From Octopus sinensis (Eukaryota), in the NCBI RefSeq assembly GCF_006345805.1, contig NC_043013.1, forward strand, positions 14,756,001 to 14,820,000: DNA of 64,000 bases, given 5' to 3'. The notes beneath the pieces are model-generated. The model saw only the letters and a program-made list of their open reading frames with translations. It did not search any database and was not told the origin of the DNA. A program made the translations under genes and the position numbers. This document shows positions 35,325-47,371 of the stretch, piece after piece. Each line of letters begins with the position of its first letter. Position 1 is the first letter of the stretch.

Positions 35325-36956
35325 GTGGGTCAGAATGGTCTCTTGAAGACACTATAGAATTAAACAACATAAGCATTCCTGATCCAAAGGCAGAAATAGA
35401 TTTGAACCTGATAATGAGTCCTGAAAATATTACCCTTCCAGTGTTTCGCATTGGAGAAGAGAGTTCCATCTCCCCGTCCAGTTCTTTAGCCAACATGTCT
35501 CGCACTAAATCTGTTCCTAGTCTCTCGACTATCCACAGCGTACGTAAGTCTATCGCTGAGTATGGAAACAAAACTGGCATATTGGTACAAAAACATTTAG
35601 TACAACTAGACTGGGTCTCTACTGAAGACGGATCCCACATCTTGACTGTCGGTGTTGGCTCAAAGATTCTCATGTATGCCCAGGTATCCGAAGAAATTGC
35701 CCAGATTTCAATGGGCAAACCTGCAAACACTCGCAAACGGCAAACCAATCATGCAAAACGAATTCACAAATCCAAAAGCATTGTCGTGGACAACTACGAA
35801 GAAGAAATTCGTTGGATGAAACTCCGATGTATTGAACTCACCACAGCAGATTGTTTACCTCCCCTGCCCATGCACATGTCCTGGGTTCGATCGGGTATTC
35901 TTGTTGTGGCTATGGATAATGAGGTCCATGTCTACTCCCAGTGGCGAGGTTCTGCTGCTTGCTTTGATAACCAAAGCTTTGGTAATTATGACGAGCCAGA
36001 TTGTGACAAACGAAGCTTGTCAGATTTCAGTCTATCCGCTATCCCGAGTTCATCTATGCTCACTGCTAGCAAGTCCATGCAGAATTTCAAGTCATCTTTA
36101 TCCATATCCAGTTTCAAGCAACTTCCAGGTGCACCACTTACCCCTGTCCACCCCAAGAAGAAAGAGCTGAGTAAGAGAGCTAGTTTGACTAAGAGTGAAA
36201 GCACTGCTAGTTTAACTTTAATCACTGATCTTGGTTTATTTGAAGCTGCACGCCAGGCCAACCCTGTACTAGCACAGTACCACCCGAAGCAGTTGATTGA
36301 ACTCTTAAACTTTGGACGCATCAAACGGGTGCGTGCCATCCTCTCACACCTGGTCCGGTGCATTGCTGTTAGCGAAGTCTATCAAACGACATATAGTGAT
36401 GAAATAGATGCTTCAGAAAACAAAATGCATTCTATGCATCGCCAAAGGACAAAATCAATTGGTGCCAGCACTCCAAACGAGGCAGCTGGCATCTGTGAAG
36501 AAGCAACGCTTGACTACATTGAAATCACCTCGATTCCACCTTTACCAATTTATGCTCTCCTTGCTGCTGACAATGATTCTGCTATCGATGCAGACATCGT
36601 TGGTGCCGGTACTGGCAGCGGCAAACCAACTTCACAAGACTACACAGATCTCTTTGAAAACAATTTAGACGATTCTGATTCTGACACAGACGTCTTTTCT
36701 AACACCTCTGATGATGGCATCACATCTAGACAAAGGTCCAACAGCAACAGGGCCCGTTTTATGTCCATGTCAGCGCCAACACCCCATCAGATGCTCAACG
36801 TATTTGGCCCAACGCAATGTCAGTCTCTTGGTAAACACCTCACCCACATGCTTCTACCAGGGCTCACGAACCTTGACCAAATGTACCTCCTTGCTTTGGC
36901 AGACACCATATCAACGACCAGCACAGATACCAGCACTTACAATGCAATGTCATCAG
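35325..36956 (+). CDS. DMXL2: DMXL large exon: GSEWSLE...LDWVSTEDGSHILTV...QYHPKQL...LPGLTNLDQMYLLALAD (start of the Rav1p_C-like region)
   Basis: tttgcag|GT...TCAG|gtatgt; 1632 nt, phase 1 to 1; overlaps ORF 35402..36970. Confidence 0.97.
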
Positions 36957-37004
36957 GTATGTCCCGTTAACCCATCTCTCATTGTTAGTATTTTTGAAAA
37001 TTAA

Positions 37005-37499
37005 CTTGTTAGCATTCAGACTTGTTAGAGCTCAGACTTGTTAGCATTCAGACTTGTTAGCGTTCAGACTTGTTAGCGTTCAGACTTGTTAGCATTCAGA
37101 CTTGTTAGCATTCAGACTAGTTAGCATTCAAGCTAGTTAGCATTCAAGCTAGTTAGCATTCAGACTAGTTAGCATTCAGACTAGTTAGCATTCAGGCTAG
37201 TTAGCATTCAGGCTTGTTAGCATTCAGGCTTGTTAGCATTCAGACTTGTTAGCATTCAGGCTAGTTAGCATTCAGGCTAGTTAGCATTCAGGCTAGTTAG
37301 CATTCAAGCTAGTTAGCATTCAAGCTTGTTAGCATTCAAGCTAGTTAGCATTCAAGCTAGTTAGCGTTCAGACTTGTTAGTGTTCAGACTAGTTAACATC
37401 CAGATTTGTTAGTGTTCAGATGTCTTAACATTCAGTCTTGTTAGCATTCAGACTTGTTAGCGTTCAGACTTGTTAGCATTTAGACTCTTAGCATTCAGA
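37005..37499. repeat. 16-bp minisatellite (CTTGTTAGCATTCAGA), ~31 copies
   Basis: Direct tandem array with variant blocks (CTAG/CTTG; AGA/AGG/AAG). Confidence 0.95.
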
Positions 37500-38075
37500 A
37501 TAGTTTAGTGTTCACACTGTTTAATGATTAGACTTGTAGGTTTTCAGACTTGTTGGTGTTGTAGCCAGTTTTTTCCTTTTCTTGTTTATTTTTTTTTTTT
37601 GTTCAGATTGAGTTACTTGTGTTTGTAAAACAGTGGAATAAGCAATACAGCACCAGACTAAATACTTCTCAACATTTAGTTCTGTTCTTCTACATTCTTT
37701 GTACATACTCCACTGTGGCATTCATCTCTATGGCATGTGTGTGTGTGTGTATATTTATATATACACGCTCAAAAATTTACTGTTCATATGTCGATATGAA
37801 TATTAGAAACATGGGTGGATGTAATTTTGTGTCTGTGTTGGTGACAGGAAATGTGTTCCTTATGTATCTAATTATATTTTATATTTATAATTGAAAATAT
37901 ATTAACCATTTCACTTCATATATGTGTGTACATAATTATATGTATTTGTTGTCATATAAAGTATAGCATATTGCCACATGTATATATGTTAGTTATCATA
38001 TAGTGTATAATATATTATCATCGTTGTTATATGTATATTTAATAATGTATCTCTCTATATATATATAATTTGCAG

Positions 38076-38117
38076 ACAACCAACGTACAGATACCGATAT
38101 AACTCCACCCAATACAG
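38076..38117 (+). CDS. DMXL2: Candidate 42-nt symmetric cassette exon of DMXL (DNQRTDTDITPPNT)
   Basis: tttgcag|AC...ACAG|gtagag; phase 1 to 1 matches its flanks; open frame; GC island in an AT-rich intron; no transcript evidence. Confidence 0.5.
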
Positions 38118-38450
38118 GTAGAGTATTACTCTCAATCTTATCTACAACCTGCCCCCACTAACATTGACAGTATTTAATAATAATAATAGTAATAATAATA
38201 GTAATAATCGTTTCTACTAAAGACACAAGGCCTGAAATTTGGTGGGAAGGTACTAGTCGATGACATTGACCCCTAGTGTTTTACTGGTAGTAAATCTATC
38301 AACCCTGAAAGGATGAAAGACAAAGTGGATCTTGACAAAATTTGAACTCAGAACAAAGCAACTGGCAAAATACTGCTAAGCATTTCCTCCAGTGTGCTAA
38401 CGATTCTGCCTGCTCACCACCTTAATAATAATAATAAATAAATAAATAAT

Positions 38451-38806
38451 AGGCACAGTAGTGGCTGTGTGGTAAGTAGCTTGCTTACCAACCACATGGT
38501 TCTGGGTTCAGTCCCACTGCGTGGCACTTTGGGCTAGTGTCTTCTACTATATCCTCAGGCCGACCAAAACCTTGTGAGTGGATTTGTAGACAGAAACTGA
38601 AAGAATCCCATCGTATGTGTTTGTGTCTGTATTTGTCCCCCAACATCACTTGACAACCAATGCTGGTGTGTTTACATCCCCGTTACTTAGCGGTTCGGCA
38701 AAAGAGACCGATAGAAGAAGTACTAGGCTTACAAGGAATAAGTCCTGGTGTCGATTTGCTCGACTAAAGGCGGTGCTGCAGCATGGCCGCAGTCAAATGA
38801 CTGAAA
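38451..38806 (+). mobile_element. SINE family 2 (tRNA-like head, CORE-like CCTTGGGCAAGT motif, central microsatellite)
   Basis: GTGGCTGTGTGGTAAG...GGTTCAGTCCC...GTCAAATGACTGAAA. Other + copies at 31105, 40460, 57227-57870, 61709 and 63900; - copies at 21330, 34300, 43054-43457, 43860-44245 and 62180-62595. Confidence 0.85.
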
Positions 38807-39390
38807 GGTTCTGTGAGTTTGTTTGAGAAAAACCTGTTTCTCTATGAAGAATATCAATCAAAAGTTGATTCCAGGGAATCATGAAGTGACACAAACTGGT
38901 GATTTTGGGAATGTTTTTTTAAATGTGTAATATCTCTATTCATTACTAAAAGTATGTGTGTGTGTGTGTATCACTAAATTGTTCTAATATGGGTTATTGT
39001 AGTTTAGCCCTAGGTCACTCGCTCTCCTTAATGGACAGATCTATGATCAAAAGCTTTCCAACTGAGAACAACTTGCTTTTTTTGTTTTTGTATTCTTTTC
39101 AAACACAGTATATTCCTATTCAGCTTGCACCAAAAACTTTGAACTTGTTAAAGAACAGGATTAAAAACAAAAGCAAGAAAATACAAAAAAAAAACTTATG
39201 TAATAACTTTGTTCTTTGGTAACATTCAAATCTAAATTTTATGCCATTCTTTCCACCAAAGTTGTTAAGAACCTGGAGATGTCAGATCAGCCTTCTTTGA
39301 CTAAATTATTTAAGCAAATTGTTAAATAAAATTTGTGTTTGTTCGTTTGTTTTCTACTAATTTCAGCAACTGTTTTAACTTATTTTCCAG

Positions 39391-39545
39391 AATCTATGGA
39401 TGAATGTGGAATCAAATTTTTACTGGCGATGCGATTTCATTCTTACCTGGCAAGGACACTGCCACCCCACCAGAGAAGACAGCTACAAAAAGAAGGACTG
39501 CGTTCCCACTACATTGTTTGGGCCTTCCATTCTGAAGCTACAGAG
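39391..39545 (+). CDS. DMXL2: DMXL exon: ESMDECGIKFLLAMR...VWAFHSEATE
   Basis: ttccag|AA...GAG|gtagtt; 155 nt, phase 1 to 0. Confidence 0.95.
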
Positions 39546-39749
39546 GTAGTTAATGCATGTAGTTTTTCCTTGACTTTGTTGGGACTTTTCAAATCGAGTC
39601 CCCTTGTGTTTTCTGTTCAACACTGGTTTCTGCTCAAGTGTTCTTGCGTTTCCTGGCCTATCATTGTGAGCTTCCCTGCTCAAATCCTCTTGAGTTTCCA
39701 GTGCAACTCATCCTAAGTTTTCTACTCAATTTATCTTGAGTTTGCTGCT

Positions 39750-40124
39750 GTTGCTGTTGAGCAAACGGTCTTCGTCCCAGAGCTCACAAGATGGGAGAAG
39801 TCCGAAACATGGTCCTTTGCTATTCATAAGACTTGCAGAAGAGAAAGCAGGTCAACCCCCAACACCGAGAGCATCGACGGATGGATGAATGCGCATCCAG
39901 GCTCAGCGGTTGCGTAGGAAGTCGGGGACAAGAAACAGGAAGAAAGAGTGAGAGAAAGTTGGAGCAAAAGAGTACAACAGGGGTCGCCACCACCCCCTGT
40001 CGGAGCCTCGTGGAGCTTTAGGTGTTTTCGCACAATAAACACACACAACGTCCAGTCTGGGAATCGAAACCGCGATCCTCCAACCGCAAGTCCGCTGCCC
40101 TAACCATTGGGCCATTGCGCCTCC
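39750..40124 (-). mobile_element. Full-length tRNA-derived SINE with 13-bp TSD
   Basis: A-box-like TGGCCCAATGG and B-box-like GGTTTCGATTCCC; TSD TGAGTTTG(C/T)TGCT at 39737-39749 and 40125-40137. Confidence 0.85.
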
Positions 40125-40860
40125 TGAGTTTGTTGCTCAAGTCATCTGGGGTTTCCTGTTTCACATCCCAAAAGTATTCAGCATTCAAGAAAGTCTGACT
40201 AAAACTGTTCTGTTTTATTAGAATCTAATTCTTCATGTGAATTTTCTTTTCTGATTTTACATTCCAATTAAACATGCTGCTTTATTCTGAGAAGAAAAAA
40301 ACAGTAGAAGCAATGGCATTTGAAGTCAAACACTTCTTGGTGTTTAGTTCTGTTCATCTTCATTCACACCCTCGTTACTCCTACCATTGAAAATGTAATG
40401 GCTCGGTGATTGTCCCTTTGGTAGTCTGTAATTAGCATCACTGGTATTCACAAAAGACAATGTGTGGTGAGAAGCTTGGTTCCCAGCCATATGGTTCCAA
40501 GTTCAGTCCCACTGCATGGCACCTTCTTAGTCTTTGACCATAGTTTCAGGGTGACCGACAAAGCCTTGTGAACAGATTTGGTAGGCGGAAGCTGAAACAA
40601 GTCTGCCATGTGTGTGTGTATATGTATTGGCGTCTGTGTTTGTCATCTCCCCTCCACTTCTTGACAGCTAGGCGGTGAGCTGGCAGAAACGTTAGCACGC
40701 CAGGCAAAATGGAGTGGTTGGCTTTAGGAAGGGCATCCAGCTATAGAAACCTTGCTAGATCAGATAAGAGCCTGGTGCAGCCTCCTGGCTTGCTGGTCCC
40801 AAGTGAAACCGTCCAACCAATGCCAGCATGGAAAATGGACGTTAAGCAATGATGATGATG

Positions 40861-40910
<50 letters not shown>

Positions 40911-40911
40911 A

Positions 40912-41143
40912 AGGTAGCGAGCTGGCAGAAACATTAGCACACCGGGCGAAATGTGTAGCCGTATTTCGTCTGCCGTTACATTCTGAATTCAAATTCCGCC
41001 GAGGTCGACTTTGCCTTTCATCCTTTCGGGGTCGATAAATTAAGTACCAGTTATGCACTGGGGTTGATATAATCGACTTAATCTGTCTGTCTGTTCTTGT
41101 TTGTCTCCTCTGTGTTTAGCCCCTTGTGGGTAGTAAAGAAATA
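40912..41143 (+). mobile_element. SINE family 1, tailless subfamily
   Basis: Same body as 20879; followed by GGTAT; left TSD not visible. Confidence 0.85.
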
Positions 41144-41466
41144 GGTATTGGTTTGTTTATGTCCCCATAACTTAGCAGTTCGACAAAAGAGAATGTTAGA
41201 ATAAGTCCAAGCTTCAACAAAACAAAAATCGTAAGCACAAAGGTTTGATATATGTTCAACTAAAACTCCACAAGGCAGTTCCCCAATATGGCTGCAGTCC
41301 AATGACCGAAACAAATAAAAGAAAAAAAATCAAGATAAAACACAATTCCTGGTGCGGAGAAGAGGGAAAAAATTATCTTTTACAATTAGTTTTCCTTTTA
41401 ATCAAAGCACACTTCCTTCCTTTTAACAGTTCACTGATTCCCATTGTTGTTATTGCTATGTTTCAG

Positions 41467-41586
41467 GAGCTCCTTGCATGTATCCCTAGTATGAAAAAAG
41501 GTGAACCCACTTGGAGTGACTTGAAGCAATATGGTGCTGGTTGGTGGATCACAAATATTAACCAGCTGCGGAAAACCATTGAGAAG
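41467..41586 (+). CDS. DMXL2: DMXL exon: ELLACIP...WSDLKQYGAGWWITN...IEK
   Basis: tttcag|GAG...AAG|gtaaga; 120 nt, phase 0 to 0. Confidence 0.96.
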
Positions 41587-42072
41587 GTAAGACAGACTTC
41601 TTGAAGAACACAACTTTAATCCTCCTCATTCTTCTTTTTCTTCTTGTTCTTGTTCTTGTTCTTCCCTCTCTCTATCAAAATTGCCTGTTTTGTGCCTATA
41701 GTAGAAAGAATTATTATTATTGTTATTGTTGTTTTGGAGTTGTATTTATCTCACAAATCACTTGATCTGAGACAGTCTCTCAAAACTGAAGCTATTATAT
41801 CCTGGAGGAGCCTTTCCAACCATTTAATAACACACAAAGCTGTTAATTTTTGACACACACGATATGTACTTAAACTTTAAAGTGAATTTAACAGCTTTGG
41901 TACCCCATGAAATAAATTTAAAGGAATTTTAACAGTTTTGTATGTAATCAAATGGTTAGAATGGCTCTTCTGCAACTTACCTACTACATTTCTTCTTTCT
42001 TTTTTTCTTTTGAAATTAACTCTTATTTTTATTATTTTACCATTTTTAAAATTTTACTCTCTCCACTGTTAG

Positions 42073-42170
42073 GTAGCAAAAGCTGCATTCCAAGCCAACA
42101 AAGATCCAATGGATTCTGCAATATTTTATCTTGCAATGAAGAAAAAAGGCATTTTGTGGGGTTTGTTCAG
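42073..42170 (+). CDS. DMXL2: DMXL exon: VAKAAFQANKDPMDSAIFYLAMKKKGILWGLFR
   Basis: gttag|GTA...TTCAG|gtaaag; 98 nt, phase 0 to 2. Confidence 0.96.
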
Positions 42171-42339
42171 GTAAAGAGTTTTCTTCTTTCTCGTTTTTTG
42201 TTTTGTTTGTTTTGTCTTAATCGTATATCCATGTCAGCAACATGTTGGCCTATGATATCAAATGATTAGTGATGCATAACATGGCACTTACAGTTATAGA
42301 GTCTCAAGTACCAGTCATATACTGAGGTCATATACTGGT

Positions 42340-42660
42340 GTAAATTATTCCTTGTTTTACTTGTGGCTTTGTGCCAAATTAATTCCCTGTTGTACAACAT
42401 ATGGCCTTGTGCCCAAGTAATCTCCTGTTCTGTAACATGTATCCCTACACTAAAGTAGTTTCTTGTTCTACAACATGTAGCCTAAGTAATCCTTGAACCA
42501 AAATCCTCCTTTGTTCCACAAAATGTAACCTTGTGCTAAACTAATCCCCTGTTCTGCATATAGTCTTGTGTTAAATCGATCCTGTTGTGCCAAGTAACCC
42601 TCTGTTTTATAACATGTAGCTTTTTATCAAATTAATTCCCTGTTCTCCAACATGTAGCTC
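42340..42660. repeat. Degenerate ~38-bp tandem repeat
   Basis: Recurring CCTTGTGCC(A)AAGTAATCCCTGTTCT..AACATGT. Confidence 0.65.
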
Positions 42661-42804
42661 TGTTGTCTTTTCCTCATCACATAGTTACTTCTAATTAGGC
42701 TTTTTGTTGTTTTCGATGCTCACTTCGTTGAATAAATTTCCATTAACGCTATTAGAATTTCTTAAATCTGTGATGCCCTTTTTTTAACATTGTTGCTGCT
42801 ACAG

Positions 42805-42970
42805 ATCAGTGAATGACAAAAAGATGAGTGAATTCTTCCACAACAACTTCAATGAAGAACGTTGGCGGAAAGCTGCTTTAAAGAATGCATTTGCACTCCT
42901 CGGTCGTCAGCGATTTCTTCATGCAGCCGCTTTCTTCCTCCTCGGGAACTCATTGTCTGATGCAGTTGAG
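42805..42970 (+). CDS. DMXL2: DMXL exon: ...FNEERWRKAALKNAFALLGRQRFLHAAAFFLLG...
   Basis: ctacag|A...GAG|gttggt; 166 nt, phase 2 to 0; Rav1p_C core motif. Confidence 0.96.
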
Positions 42971-43053
42971 GTTGGTAATAATTAGACTCTCTTATGGTTC
43001 TCTTCTAAACTTCATCCAATCTACATACCATTTTTTGTGTGCATATAAGACAT

Positions 43054-43457
43054 ACTCTTTACTCTCTTACTTGTTTCAGTCATTTGACTGCGGCCATGCT
43101 GGAGCACCGCCTTTAATCGAGCAACTCAACCCCGGGACTTATTCTTTTGTAAGCCCAGTACTTATTCTATCGGTCTCTTTTGCCGAACCGCTAAGTAACG
43201 GGGACATAAACACACCAGCATCGGTTGTCAAGCAATGCTAGGGGGACAAACACAGACACACAAACACACACATGCATATATATATAAATATATACGATGG
43301 GCTTCTTTGAGTTTCTGTCTACCAAATCCACTCACAAGGCTTTGGTTGGCCCGAGGCTATAGTAGAAGAAACTTGCCCAAGGTGCCACACAGTGGGACTG
43401 AACCCGGAACCATGTGGTTGGTAAACAAGCTACTTACCACACAGCCACTCCTGCACC
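43054..43457 (-). mobile_element. SINE family 2, full-length young copy
   Basis: Reverse complement of the 38451 and 57227 family. Confidence 0.88.
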
Positions 43458-44401
43458 TACTTTTTATTCCAAATAAAAAAATGTCAGAAAAATTCCCCTT
43501 TGGTCCTATATACAAAGTTGGATCTATATTACACATGCTTAAATGTACTGCAAACTTTTTCTCTTGAATACATGCTGCTGAAATCGCAGTGCATTTAATA
43601 TGTCCATGCTGTCAAATACATTAAACATAACTTTTTAAAGAATTTTGAAAGAATCTAATAATTTGGTAAAGATAGGGCTCAGGGGCTAAGAAGTTTGTCT
43701 AGTCAGGGCTTACCTGGAGCTAATAAATGTTGGCATAATCTTCAGGTAGTGACATGTCCATGACTCTGCAGTTGAGTCTGTTATAGGATTTACTTGGGGA
43801 AATTTAGTTTTTATCAGATATTTTTTTGTTATTTTAGATTTTTAGGAGATTTTAGCTTTTATCTTTTACTTCTTTCAGTCATTAGACTGCAGCCATGCTG
43901 GGGCACCACCTTTGATTTTTAGTTGAATGAATCAAGCCCAGTACTTTTCTTTTAAGCTTGGTACTCTGTTAGTCTCTTGCCAACCTGCTAAGTTACAGGG
44001 ATGCAAACACACCAACACTGGTTGTCAAGTGGTGAGGGCACAAACACAAAAAGATACACATGCAAACACACACACACACACACACAACAGGCTTTTTTCA
44101 ATTTCTGTCTACCAAATCTACTCACAAGGCTTTGGTTGACCCAAGGCTATAGTAGAAGACCAACTTGTCCAAGGTGCCATGCAGTGAGACTGAACCTGGA
44201 ACCATGTGGTTGGGAAGCAAGCTTCTTATCACACAGCCACACCTGAAACTAATTTCTTAAATTTTTCGAATTTTTTCTTCTATTTCTATGCCTTTTTTTT
44301 TTTTAGAATGTAGAAAATTAGAGGTTGTTAAATCTCTCTTAATATATTTCAATGAACTGCAGAGCTTACATTTCTGTTTTTTTGTCTATTTCATTTCAAA
44401 G

Positions 44402-45539
44402 GTGTGTCTGGATCGTTTGAAAGATATCCAGCTTGCATTAGTTATTTGCCGCCTATATGACGGTGCTGATGGGCTACCAGAAAGTGCAAAAAAGATTCTA
44501 TATACCAAAATACTTGGCTGTAATGAAAATGGTCAAAATTACCTTCCCAGCAAAGCTCACCCTGATCCATTCCTTCGCAGCATTGTATTATGGATGTTGA
44601 AAGACCATGACGGTGCTCTGCAAACCCTTCTCCAAACTGGGGTCGGAGCAGGACATATGCTTGAAGAACAGGATGACGGAGAGAAATATTTCTCCAGCCC
44701 TAGCGTATTTAACTTCTACAATTTTCTCCGAGCCCACCCACTCATCATTCGACAAAACAAAGTTTCCAGAGCTGCCGAAATGCCACTTGTTTCTCAGAGC
44801 ACTCACATTGGTATTCGTGATAAGAATGCCACTAATGATGATTGCATCACTCCTGTGGAACGCAGACTGTTTTTCACAACAGCTCATGCACATTTCAAAA
44901 ATGGTTGCCCACTTCTGGCCCTTGAGGTTCTCTCTAAACTACCTCCACTCGTAGACTATGAAGAAGTTATTGAAATCGAAACTCCAGGTCAATACCAAAT
45001 TTCCGAAATATTTGACCGCAGGTCATCTTTGAAAATGGCTATGGCACCAGCAGATCTAAGTCAACCAACACAGTTCCAAGATTCCGCCGAAAGCTATGAT
45101 TGGGGTGAACCAGTTCAAACCTTGTCACATCAGCGATCCGTTGACTTCGACTGGGGCATGCCGATTACTTCATTAAACACCGACTTTGATGAAAAACTTG
45201 ACCTCACTCTCGATGAGAATTCAGAGAGGTCAGACAATGAGTCTGATTGTGCCACAAAAGGTAGCAGCCGCAAAAACTCTGTGCCGGCCAAAGAAACAGA
45301 TGATGATTTGTCTTATGATAAGAAAGTCACTGAAGTCGACATAATGGCACAGCAGTACAAGTTCATTGCCTGCCTGAAGGTGATGATGGAGGAATTACGG
45401 ACGTTAGCAACTGGCTTTGAGGTCGATGGTGGCCAAATGCGCTACCAGTTGTATATTTGGTTGGAGAAGGAGGTGGAATGTCTGCGAGTGTTATGCAGCT
45501 ATGGTGGAGGCAAGTCAAACTCCCAATATTTAATGGATG
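44402..45539 (+). CDS. DMXL2: DMXL large exon: VCLDRLKDIQLA...HPDPFLRS...GCPLLALEVLSK...GFEVDGGQMRYQLYIWLEKE
   Basis: ttcaaag|GTG...GATG|gtaagt; 1138 nt, phase 0 to 1. Confidence 0.96.
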
Positions 45540-46049
45540 GTAAGTATGGTGGTCTTATTTTACCCTCTTTGGTCTTCCCTTACGTTATACTTTAGTTTAT
45601 CATCAAATTTTACCCAGACTATTGTGTCTTAACTAAAGCTGAAAAAAAACTGAGATTTACTGTTCGATAAATTATACACATTTTCATATATTAAATTCTC
45701 AAAACGATTCAAATCCAAGTCAATATTGATGATATAACTAACTTGCTTTATGGCAATTATCTAGACTATTAACTTTATCTTTACACTATATATTTGCAAT
45801 TTTAGTCTCCAGTTATCATCATATGTCATATCTGGATATGTATATATGCTTTTACCGTGGTATCACACATCCACACACATACACTCCAGCTATCCATTAC
45901 TCTTAATATACACTATATCAAACATAATACTAGATTTGGCATACACCTTCCACTAGATACACACTCCCTGAAATGGAATGTCTCAATAGTGAGACAACTA
46001 ACCTAATGGCTAACAGGAAAAAGAAAAAGTATACACCAAAGAAAGACGG

Positions 46050-46665
46050 AGTAGAGTCTTAGCTGTTTCAGCCTTTCCCAGTAGCTGAGCTGTTGTAACG
46101 AGACGATCTTCGTTGTGAAGCTTTGCTGGATTGCTTCAAGGTCCGCTGTTAATTTTACACTGTTGGGTGACCATAGCTGGGAGCAGTAATCCAGGTGGCT
46201 GAGGACAAATGCCCTCCAGAGGACCACCATGGTTTCATTCTCTCTGGTTCTGAACATTCTCATGATCCACCCGCCAGTCATCTGCACTTGGTCGCCATCC
46301 TGGTAATGTGCAATTGGAAAGAGGTATCATCACTCATGTTGATATCTAGGTCCTTCACTGATTTAGGTTCTGGGATTGTAATCCCCTGTGGACCAGTATA
46401 CCCTGTAAGTTTTATATTCAGTTTTTGATGCTGGGATAGCAAAGGGCTTGGAATTTTTCAGCGTTAAACTGCATATTATTGTCCTCAGCCCATCTGTAAA
46501 TTGAGTCCAACTCCTGCTGCAGGTGTGCAACATCGCTAGGGTTCTGTATTTTCTGTGAGACTTTTGTATCGTCTGTGCAGCTAACAAGGGTGGCTATCCA
46601 GGGAGCTGAGGGCATATCTGAGAGGGCCACTATGAAAAGCATTTGTCCCAAGACAGTGCCCTGTG
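46050..46665 (-). mobile_element. CR1/L2-clade LINE reverse transcriptase fragment (degenerate)
   Basis: QGTVLGQMLF...SCTDDTKV (YADD-like)...LDSIYRWAEDNNMQFN...LSHLDYCSQLWSP...LSYWERLKQLRLYS. Confidence 0.88.
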
Positions 46666-46785
46666 TGGGGGTTGACCTGCTTTCTCTTCTGCGAGCCTTA
46701 CGAATAGCAAAGGACCACGTTTCGGACTTCTCCCACTAAAGGGACGAAGACCGCTACGCTCAACAAACAAACAAACAAGCAGCAG
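46660..46785 (+). mobile_element. 3' tail of the 39750-type SINE with (CAAA)n end
   Basis: GGGGGTTGACCTGCTTTCTCTTCTGC...GGGACGAAGACCG is shared with the 39750 copy. Confidence 0.8.
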
Positions 46786-47121
46786 AAGCAACTCCACTTG
46801 GAAATTCTCAGCACATGCTGGACTCTGCCAACCATGAGCCAGACTTAATGAAGAACATCATCACTGGTGATGAGACAAGGGTTTATGCTTTCAGCTCTAT
46901 GCATTCAGTCACCTTGTGTGAAAGCAAAAACCTGACAAGTACCCACTACACACCTGTACTCTAGCCATAACAGCCAGTAACTAACCTGGCCTTTCAGTTT
47001 GTTTGAAAATCTTCATCCATGTGCTGGAAGAGTGGCATCACCTCTCGCCCAATGGATTTTGCCCATGCAGCATTCGTTTTGGAGGGAAAAAAATTAAAAT
47101 TGGATACTTTTTGGATGCATC

Positions 47122-47125
<4 letters not shown>
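46786..47125 (+). mobile_element. mariner transposase remnant
   Basis: QKQL.LE...MLD...DLMKNIITGDETRVY (first catalytic D motif), then an eroded C-terminus and terminal-repeat-like GGATACTTTTTG. Confidence 0.65.
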
Positions 47126-47157
<32 letters not shown>

Positions 47158-47258
47158 ATATTCACTATGAGTTAGATATGTTGGTATGGGTTAGACCATA
47201 TATGTCTGCCTAGGAAGGAATGTAAAATGATAATGATCTGTATATGTATGTATATATA

Positions 47259-47293
<35 letters not shown>

Positions 47294-47371
47294 TAGAATT
47301 TGTTTAGTGAAACCTGATATCTGTTATAAAGTCTGCTACTGATTTGTGTTCTGTGACTTCTCTTTACACAG

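Noticed and set aside
21975-37499. 23-bp and 16-bp arrays as CRISPR-like repeats
   Set aside because: The units are directly adjacent with no unique spacers, there are no cas genes and the context is eukaryotic; they are minisatellites.
39750-40124. tRNA gene call for the SINE heads (also 5600-5644, 15567, 38451)
   Set aside because: Only A/B-box-like motifs are present, with no complete cloverleaf; they continue into SINE bodies.
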